Position numbers and translations under genes: made by a program. 64,000 nucleotides of DNA from the human T2T-CHM13v2.0 reference genome, Homo sapiens, in assembly GCF_009914755.1 (NCBI RefSeq), contig NC_060937.1; one strand, 5' to 3'. Positions 1 through 9,876 of the stretch are shown piece after piece. Under the pieces are notes generated by a model. The model saw nothing but the letters and a program-made list of their open reading frames with translations, searched no databases and was not told the origin of the DNA. Each line of letters begins with the position of its first letter. Position 1 is the stretch's first letter.

Positions 1-430
1 ATATTACCACAAACTAAACAGCTCAAAATAAATTTATTCTGGAGGCCAGGAGTCTGAAATCAGTATCACTGGGCTGAAAGCAAGGTGTCAGAAGGGTGTC
101 CATTCTCCTTCTGGAGTCTTTAGCGGAGAGTCTGCTCCTTGTCTCTTACAGCTTCTGGTGGCTGCGAGGATTCCTTGGCTTCAGCCTACATCACTTCAAT
201 CTTCAACGCCAACATTTCCAAATCTCTCTCCTCTGTCTTTACTTAGCTTCCTTCTCCTGTCTGTGCTATATGCTAAAATTTCCCTCTGCCTCTCTAAGAA
301 AACATGTGATGGCATTTAAGGCCCACCAGATAATCCAGAATAAACTCCCCATTGCAAGATACTTAATCACATCTGCAAAAGCCCCGCCCTCCTTGTCATA
401 TATGGGCACATTCAAATTCCAGGCACTAGA
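1..430 (-). mobile_element. MLT1-family MaLR LTR fragment
   Basis: attaccacaaact...tttattctggaggccaggagtctgaaatc...cccaccagataatccagaataa matches the reverse of the MLT1 LTR consensus. Confidence 0.75.
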
Positions 431-3019
431 ATACAGATTGTTTTTCATGGAGAGAGGACAGAAGGGATTTTTCAGCCTATCATACAAACTCATTTAAAAG
501 AAAGCCATCTCGCAAAGCAAACTCTGGTTTATTTCAAACTTATGTATGTGGTACACATTTGATATATAAGCAACTTTCAAACATGGCATATCTTTTCTTC
601 TCTCAAACTGCTGAGATAACAAACTGGTGAGATACAAAGTGGTATAACACGATGAACTTGGCAAGGGGTGAGAAGAAAACTATTTCATTAGTAAAGAGAT
701 CTGTAAATCTAGAATTTATAACTTGCATATACTTTAAAACCCCAAACACCCCCATCTCCCATCAAAAGTAATTTGTCCTTCCTTTGACCAGTATGTTACC
801 TAAAATTTTATTAGAAATTATCAATCTATCAATCTATTATTATAGTTTAGGCGTTTACACCAGATTCACTAGCCAGGTTGTACGGTTTGTATTTTACAAT
901 CTTGACAAGGGTATAGATTGAGAGTTTCTTCCTTCTGCTGACACAACCTTCTGGAAGAGTATTTTATTCTATAGCAAAATCTATCCCCAATTTTTAAGTC
1001 TGTTTCCCTCTCCAAAAAAGTAAAATTCATATACATTTCAGAACAGTATCTGAGATTTTCCCAGGCACATCATAAAAACACCATGAAGACTTCAAAAAAT
1101 TTTAAGCATTATTTTTAACAAAAGAAAATTAAAATTTTCCATTGTATTAACCCTTCAAATACCTAAAGATAGTTATGTGTCGCCAACACTAACTCAAGAA
1201 CAAAGAACAATCTGCCAAAAAGCCAAGTCAAGTCATATTTGGATGCTTTTACTTTGTAAATAAAGTATGTTTGTTGGTTAATACTTTTGTCTCTGTTGAC
1301 AAACCAAATATCTTGGTACACAATGTGGAACTGAAAAAAACAGTAACTACCCATGGATTAGAGCACTTAATGATTTTCACATATGGATGAGCTCGTGTGG
1401 CTAGGCTAACACATTCCTTATTAGTCATTACGGGATTCAATCTGTGAACTTGTGTCACAAAAGGCTACTTAAAAGTCAAAAGTATGACTTTAACTTCTTT
1501 ACTAGTATTTCTATGTGATAAAAAAAAGTGATATACATTACTTGTAGCATGTAGAAACTGAAGAAAAGTATAAAGTTACACGTAAGACTACCAATTAAGG
1601 ATAACTATTTTTAGCATTTTGGCTTATTTTTCTGTCTCTTAAAATGTGCAAGTATATGTTTCTCAAAATAAAAGGATCATATTGGATATATAAATTTTGT
1701 ATTTAGCTACCTCCTATTTTGTATTTCCCCTGAATTATCAAATACTTTTTGGCTACAGAAAAACCCACTGTGTAATAATAATGAATCCAACAACTTGGAC
1801 ATTTCTATTTTAAATAATTTGAGAGTATCTTTGTACATAAATTCATTTGTAAATGATTCTATCTCATGAGATAAATTCTTAGACACAGAATTAAAGTTTT
1901 TTATATTTACTGATTTACTGTTAATTGTCTTTGGAAACTGTTATACCCATTTAAATTCTCATGATCATCAGGTAAAGAGGTATCTGTATAATAACCCGCC
2001 AACACAGGACACTATGAAAAACAATGGCTTTAGGGGATTTCTATTAAGGAAAAAGAAAAGAGGGGGACATTTCTTTGTTTCTCTGAGGTTGAGATATATT
2101 TTCAGAAATGTATTGTAGTTGCTTCTTGTCCTACTTGTGTACAAATATCCTTTTTAATTAGGAAGTTAGTCTTCTTTACTGATCTGTAACATCATTGTAT
2201 TATTTTTTCAGTTAAAATGTTTAAGAAATCTCCCTCCCCACTTCCAAGGTACTTTCATTATCAACTTGTCTTTTCTATAATCCACTTTCCACACAAACTT
2301 CTTAGCATACATAAAGTTGGATGGCTGCTACTTTACTATAGCTCCTTCTTCCAATATCCCAAGTTTCCACACCCTAGCCTTTGTTTTATTCTACTACCCC
2401 AAAGGCCTTTGCCCTGTTTCATTTCCTCACACTCTTGTCTACCTCCTAATAGAATTTCCACCTACCCATCAGGGCCCAGCTCAAGGGACTACCTCTTCTA
2501 GGAAGGTTTCCGAGGCCACCCAGGGCAACTATGTCATTATCTTACATTACCTATACCACTTACCAAATATTTCCATGGTATTAGTAACTTTTTTTGGAGT
2601 TGTCTTTGTTTCCAAAATATGTTAAATTATTTTAAAGCACTTAATGGCTTGTCTACTTTTCCATCCAGTTGTTTTTCTCAATATAGATTTTAGCAAACAG
2701 TTACCTTTGATCACCCTTCATCATTCATCACTTTCTAGAGGCCAGAATGCTTCTCATTCTTCTTGCTTTATATGGTATCAAGTACTTTTAATAGGAGTTT
2801 GAATGTATTTTACATATTTCCCAATAAACATACATAAAGATTAAAGAATAGTGCTCAAAATTGAGAGGAAGGGGAAGGAAAAAGGCAATAAAAGTGGAAG
2901 TGGGCCTCAACGTGTACCGTGCCATCTTTATACATTTTTTGTCTCCTCCTACACAAAGAATACCCTACTTTTCCTGCCAGCATATGACTACCAACAGAAC
3001 CAAATAAAAAACTTTTCTT

Positions 3020-3318
3020 GGCCGGGCGCGGTAGCTCACGCCTGTAATCCCAGCACTTTGGGAGGACGGTGCGGGTGGATCACAAGGTCAAGAGTTTGAG
3101 ACCAGCCTGGCCAACATACTGAAACCCCGTCTCTACTAAAAACACAAAAATTAGCCAGGTGTGGTGGTGGGCACCTGTAGTCCCAGCTACTCAGGAGGCT
3201 GAGGCAGGAGGATTGCTTGAATCTGGAAGGCGGAAGTTGCAGTGAGCCGAGACTCCGCCACTGCACTCCAGCCTAGGCAACACAGCGAGATTCCATCAAA
3301 AAAAGAAAAAAAAAAAAA
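3020..3318 (+). mobile_element. Alu (AluS-type), antisense to ARGLU1
   Basis: ggccgggcgcggtagctcacgcctgtaatcccagc, dimeric, A-tail. Confidence 0.97.
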
Positions 3319-3489
3319 TTTCTCCAGTATCAATTTACTACGCTCCCAACTTTATTGAACACTATAAGCAAACATGTTAAATATGTTCAAATTCTTACTC
3401 AACTTTCTCAAATCCAAGCCTCTTTTTCCCTAAGATATGTTTTTTACTGAAGTTTATCACAAGCATGCCATCAGAATAGTGTCACTCTG

Positions 3490-3792
3490 GGCCAGGAGCG
3501 GTGGCTCACACCTGTAATCCCAGCACTTTGGGAAGCCAAGGCGGGTGGATCACCTGAGGTCAGGAGTTCGAGACCAGCCTGATCAACATGGTAAAACCCC
3601 ATCTCTACTAAAACAGAAAAATTAGCCGGGCATGGTGGTGGGTGCCTGTAATCTCAGCTACTCGGGAGGCTGAGGCAGGAGAATAGCCTGAACCCACCCA
3701 GGAGGTGGAGGCTGCAATGACCCGAGACTGCGCCATTGCACTTCAGCCTGGGCAACAAGAGCAAAACTCCGTCTCAAAAACAAAACAAAGCA
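3490..3792 (+). mobile_element. Alu (AluSq/Sp-like) with 17-bp TSD
   Basis: Full dimer; TSD AGAATAGTGTCACTCTG at 3473-3489 and 3793-3809. Confidence 0.97.
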
Positions 3793-5461
3793 AGAATAGT
3801 GTCACTCTGATCAAATCTAAATCTGTATGATCTAGAAAAGTGCTAATGTAAAGCATGGCCCACAGACCACTTATAATCTACAAACTAATCAATCCCCAAC
3901 AAGGACAAATCAATATTAAGGGTTTTAGAAGTTTTTACAGCAATATGACCTCATTTTTCTAGTAATTCATCTTAATTGTATTTTGCGAAAGTAGAGGTCT
4001 GAGACAAACTGGGATTAAAAAACAAAAACAGAACTTTTACTACCATTTGAGAAGTATTAGGTTATGACTACCAATATTTTTTCCAGTGATCACACACCGA
4101 AAGTCATATTTTTTATTTTTCATGTGGGCAAATAATAGAGGACTGTAAGAATGCAAGGAGGCCAAGCCGTCCCTAGCTACCACAGGGTCAGAAGGGATCA
4201 AGATCTTGGCTGGGCACACCAAGCTTCCAGGCCACCCACATAATGAACCCACCACAGCTATCCAATCTCTTTAACATGTCCTAATGGGAGGTCCAGTTCC
4301 ACCTGCTCAGTAATTTTGCTTCAGTGATTTAACTGTCAACCATATTTTTTTCTTCTTTTCTGAAACATCCATGCCTCACAAACCAGAGTGTATTTACCCT
4401 TCAAAGCTCAACCTTCTAACCTCAAATTCAGATTGAACACTTTCCCTCTTCTTCCTATCTGCACTGAGGTTCTCTCCTTATATGGAATCCCAGAATAACT
4501 AAAAAAAAAAGTTATCACATACTTATTCATAAGCATGCAGCAATATAACTTAGAATGACTCATCCATTTCACATTCCTATTGCTTTTTCTGCCTTAGCAG
4601 ATTTTAAGATTTTCTTCGGGAAAGCGGATTATGGCTTTCCAATAGATTCCATTATGGCCTTCACAAATACCAGGTGATATTTACCAAGAATCCATTGTGC
4701 CATGCTCACTAAGTTATCTGGAATATTTCTAGCATTATCTCTTATCCAGAGTACTCTATTTTTCAGAAGATGATGTTCCAGAAACAACTGCCCCGTATTA
4801 ACTTTTTACATTCTTATTAAGGTTATTTATGGTCTTCCTTCATCCCTACTCTCAATGGGATCCACTGTTAACTACTCAGACCCACTTGGATATTTTTCTG
4901 TACATTTATAACCACAAAATTTCTTTATACCATGTAACTGGAGCTTACAACTTGCTTTCCCCCACCCCCATCTTTCTATATTATATAATTACCGAAGACT
5001 CTGTATTTCTTAAGATTATAAACTAGGAATAGGAAATTACTCCGGTGCACTTACTATCAAATAAATACTATCTACTCCTGGTAACAAGCCAACTAATACA
5101 AAGTAAAATGCTGCATATTATAGTTGGTTTAAATATACCCCCAAGCTTTTGTTGTTGCTATTAGTTTTTTAGGCATAGGAGAATGTGAATGAGGTTAGGA
5201 AAGAAAAAACTGGGGATAGAGAACAAAATAATTTCCCCAGAAAACTTGTTTTTTAAAATCACTGCAAATTTTGGAGTTCTGTCCAGATTGGAAGGAAAAA
5301 TCTCAATTGTTCCTATCCTTGCCTCAAAAAGCCTTTAAAGTTAGTCCTGAGAATCCCCCCAAAATAAGTCAAATTATAGGGCACAAAAATCAATCCACAA
5401 AATCCGAAAAAAGGAAATAAAGCAAAATACAAAACACTTTTCACGTATGCTTTACACTTAC

Positions 5462-5545
5462 CAGTTTGGCTTGTGCTTCTGCAATTTTTCGGTTATTCTC
5501 TTCCAGTATTCGCTCTAGCTCCTCACGTTTTGCACGTTCTTCCTC
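5462..5545 (-). CDS. ARGLU1: ARGLU1 exon 3 (84 nt)
   Basis: Acceptor cctcccctttag|GAG, translates EEERAKREELERILEENNRKIAEAQAKL, donor CTG|GTAAGT. In frame with exon 2. Terminal exon is not in the window. Confidence 0.97.
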
Positions 5546-7845
5546 CTAAAGGGGAGGATATGTTAAGATATTAGAAAAACAAAATGTTTATTTTTATTGA
5601 TAAATATTTACTAATCTTCCTCTGAACTTTTTTGATATGACTTACAGGGTAGCTTTATAGCTACCTTCTGTCTGACAAATGATAAACTGTGCAGTCACTA
5701 AAATTGGTTTCTAGCACTAAATTTAAATCATCCCTCCCAGTCCAAACAGCAACCAACTAAACCCTCCCTAATGATAGTTTCCTGGCAATTATTACTAATA
5801 CTTTAATATCACACAAATCAACAAGGACAACTACAAAACTGGATAGTATTTACCAAATTAAAAAAATAATATATAAAATATAAATAAAGTGAATATTTGT
5901 CTCACCAATTATGTATACCTACGTATTCTTTACCTATACTCCTTTAATCAGCATTAAAAGTTGAATATTTACTGTCTTGTCCAGTGTCCTGCAGAGTGTG
6001 CTCCTCGGCTGCCATACGCGCCAGCTTCCTCTTTAAAATGATTTGTACTGTTAGCTTGGCAATACCTGCATCAGCAGCTCAACCATTTATAAAGAAACAA
6101 CATACAAGGAAGGCTGAGCTGAGGAATGCAGATGTTTATGGTAAGAAGGAACAAAAAATGTAATTCATCATTCCTAAGGCAAACAATTAATAAGAAAAAT
6201 ACATTTACTGTTAGTGAAAAATACAAATGGTAATCCATACTTCATGGAACTACGGGCTTCTTCCATGGGGAAAATGGACTTAACATTCAGATGTTGACAA
6301 TTTCGGAAGGCAGCTTATATTGTCATCTACAATCTGAACTGAAACTCAGAAATCCAGGGGATGCATGGTCAGGAAATAAAATTCTTCAACTTATTTTTTC
6401 TTGGAGAATTTAATGAGATTTTATAATGCAAACTGTATGAAGACTGCTTGATGGCTTGAGCAGTGTTCAGATCACAGCATACATATTCAAATGATTTTAA
6501 TATTTGGAAAGACTGTCAGAGGGTTGTGTCCGTGTAAAAAAAAAATTGTTAATATGAAACAAAAAAAGCAAATGAAGAGAAAAAAATCTTACTATGATTA
6601 ATAACTCGCTACAAGACAGCACCATTACTCCAAAAATATCTTCATTATTAAAAGCACTGATATAAATAAAAATTTCATACATTCAATTTTATAGTCTGTG
6701 AAACCCACTATAAATATAAGCATGTATATCTAGTTAAAGACAGGACAAGGGAAAATGCATTTTAAAAGCTAAGCTTACCAGAAAGCAAAGAGATTTAATA
6801 TGTCAACTTGTCCACAATAATGCCAAGATGAAAAATGACAATGAGTCTTAATTATTTTGAGTCAAATATTTCAGTTCAAGAAAATACAACTACAGGATTT
6901 CCTACACCACACACCAATGGGATTCATATTCATTATGCAAACTATGGTGACAGACACTCAGGGCTGTAAAGTAATTTGCCTTGAGTGTTTCAGTGACTTT
7001 CACCAAGTTTTTGGATCCTGGAGTAATCAGTGCAAACAAGCCATAAAGCTTCAGTAGCAAATTACTGTCTCACAGAAAGACATTTTCAACTTCTGCTCCA
7101 GCTGCTGATAAAACAAATCATGTGTTTAGCTTGACTCCAGACAAGGACAACCTGTTCCTTCATAACTCTCTAGAGAAAAAAAGGAGTTGTTAGTAGATAC
7201 TAAAAAAAGTGGATGAATAATCTGGATATTTTTCCTAAAAAGATTCCTTGAAACACATTAGGAAAATGGAGGGCCTTATGATCAGAATGCTAGAATTAGT
7301 CCATTGTGCTGAAGCAGGGTTTAGGGGAGGGAGTGAGGGATAAAAGAAGGAAAAAAAGAAGAGTGAGAAAACCTATTTATCAAAGCAGGTGCTATCACTC
7401 AATGTTAGGCCCTGCTCTTTTTAATCTGACTGAAGGCAAAAGCCTCTCACAGTCTAGGTAACAGAGTGACAGAATAGAAGAATATACAACCACAGGTGGA
7501 TTTTTAACCTTTTCCCTTTACCACTCCCTGTCTCCCCACCGTCCTCCCAAAAAAGAATGTAAGTCCTGCAGCCATGGCAAAAGTTTCAAACACTTCTCAA
7601 ATAGCCAGTTCCATTAAATCAAAAAGTATCCTTGAATATGTTTTATAAAAGCTTCCAACTTTTAAGTTATCAGTCAGCACTTCTGAATAGGCTAAAAAAT
7701 TAACTTTCGCAGCAATGTTAAGTTTAGACGAGAAAGGAATTAGATAGTCTGTATTCCATCTCTTTCTGAACTGAGCAGGAGGCAGAACCCAACACTGAAA
7801 GTTTTGCCATGGACTGTCTCTACTTTCCAAACGACCGAGCGTTAC
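5546..7845 (-). other. ARGLU1: ARGLU1 intron 2 (2300 nt), detained/retained regulatory intron
   Basis: Boundaries follow from exons 2 and 3. No recognisable transposon, unlike introns 1 and 3. Retention and the ultraconserved element are recalled knowledge of ARGLU1, not visible in a single sequence. Confidence 0.85.
5973..6030 (-). other. ARGLU1: Poison/decoy cassette exon (58 nt) in the intron 2 conserved element
   Basis: Branch point GCTAAC (6055-6050), acceptor ttttaaag|AGG, locally GC-rich body, weak donor ACA|GTAAAT. Inclusion shifts the frame to a TGA ending 23 nt into exon 3. Confidence 0.7.
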
Positions 7846-8071
7846 CTCTCTAGCTTTTTGTGCGGCAAGCTCAGCTTGTCTCTGTCGCTCGAGTTCTTCG
7901 AGCAACTGCTTTTCCATGATGCGTTTGGCTTCCTCCACCCTTCGGAGAACTTCTCGTTCAATTTCATCCTTCCTTTTCTCCAGTTCTTCCTCCACCCTTT
8001 TTGCTACCAATTCTTCTACTCTTCGTGCTGTTTCTTCCTCGATGAGTTTTTCTTCTATTTCTTGCTGTCGA
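7846..8071 (-). CDS. ARGLU1: ARGLU1 exon 2 (226 nt; Glu/Arg-rich coiled coil)
   Basis: Acceptor tttgctag|T completes ATT (Ile) with exon 1. Encodes [20 protein letters not shown]...[10 protein letters not shown]. Donor GAG|GTAACG; cumulative CDS 573 nt, phase 0. Confidence 0.98.
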
Positions 8072-8869
8072 CTAGCAAACAAAGTGAAAAAAACAAGTTA
8101 GGTATTTACTTTTAAAACTATAAATTTAAACAAAACTAGTTTTAAGTCTATCAAGCCATTGAGCCTGATATTATTCAGTGATTTTTTCAGAATTCATTTC
8201 CATGTCACATTTGAGGAAATGACAGATACCAAGATGTTAACTGATACAGAAATTCAAATGAGTATAAAATCTTTTTTTCCTTTATCATATTCTAAATACA
8301 GGAGAACAGGTATATACAAAGAGCCTAATTCATTAGTTCTAATTTAGGAACAATAAATCCGGACAGAAAACCTATTCTGTTATTGACTTTATAATCAGAG
8401 GACAAGTTGTTAAAACATATGGATTTGCTCATTTGCCAATCACTTCGTCTGGGGCTGAGCTACAGAGAAGGAGAAATTATGTAGCAGGCAACTCAGATTG
8501 GCTGAATTGATTTCCCGCTAAGCAAAGAGAGAATAAATACAGATTGAAGAGATTCAGATTGCTGGACTAATAGTGCGTAGTTTTTACTGAAAATATGACC
8601 AACTTAAGTTTTGAACTGAAGTTCTTTAGCTTTATAGTTCCTTACTATGTCTTTTCTTCCTTTTGTTAATTTTCAATTAAAAGCTCCTCTAGAAATGGGA
8701 AAGTGGGTAAAAATATATTTTTATTACCAGAAAAAGTTCAATAAAGCATGATACTACAGTTTTAATTACTCCAATCCCATTTTGATATTATAAACCAATT
8801 TACTCAAAATAAAATTCTGTGCTGAAATTACTGACATTCATCAAGGCACCACTGGAAATCCTGCACATT

Positions 8870-9100
8870 TCATACCAATGATATTCAGTGACAGCCACCA
8901 GTCATATGTGTCTGGTCCAAACTGAAATTTAGTATGAAGAAAAAGAATATAAATGATCTCCTATTTTTATTTGATTGCGTGTTAAAATGATATTTTGGAT
9001 AAAAATATACAATAAAATTAATTTCATCCATTTCTTAAGGTTACTAAAAAAATTTTACATTGCATATATTGTTCATACTATTTCTAGTTAATAGCACTGA
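8870..9100. mobile_element. MER33-like hAT-Charlie MITE
   Basis: gattgcgtgttaaaatgatattttggat...aaaattaatttcatccatttc...tatttctagttaatagcactg resembles the MER33 consensus. Confidence 0.65.
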
Positions 9101-9836
9101 GACAATAATTTGTGCTGAATGAATAAATTCTGAGGCTCTTGCAGTAAATCTCAATCCTAAGAGGACGATTCATGTTCCAACTTTCTCAAAATTAAATAAA
9201 ACCTGCAACCTTTATCTTTTGATCACTCATTTGACATCCATATATATGAGAATCATTCAATTTATCTGTTTAGTAAAGACTTTATAGTTTCTAAGTGACC
9301 TTTAAATACCCCAATCCACTTCAACTCAACTCTATTCTTCGGGATGATTCAATTCTCACCCAAGGGCTCTCATTTTCAACTCCTGTTACTTATTCAGTGA
9401 TAACACACTAACACCAATGTGTCTTAATCTGATTCATTTCAGTTTCTACATTTATCCTCTACATTCTTCTGTCAAGGAGACAGTAGGTACTAGAGAAAGA
9501 ATATTTTCCTTTAAGGGCCTAGATGTTTGCCCAACACTCATTCTCAGGACTTTGTTGTTTGAAGTCTTTATCTACAGCAGCTCAGTGAGAGAGCAGGTAT
9601 CTTCCCCAATACTAAAAAAAATCAATCACTGGGAGCATATAAAAGGAAACCAGACAGCAACTTCAATAGAAATTAAATCACATTTCCATATAAAATGTTG
9701 TTTCTCTACTTCACCCAAAAGGAAAGAAAACTAATCAATGAAACAAGGCTGACAACTGTTGAATCTGGATAATGAGTACCCAAGAATAATAATAATAATC
9801 TGCCTTTGTGAATATGTAAATTTCTCATAATAAAGT

Positions 9837-9838
<2 letters not shown>

Positions 9839-9874
<36 letters not shown>
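9839..9874. repeat. (AC)n microsatellite
   Basis: About 18 perfect AC units. Confidence 0.98.

Positions 9875-9876
<2 letters not shown>

Noticed and set aside
3036-3266. Alu-derived ORFs here and at 11182, 28385, 38716-39133 and 42415
   Set aside because: Standard Alu translation artefacts.
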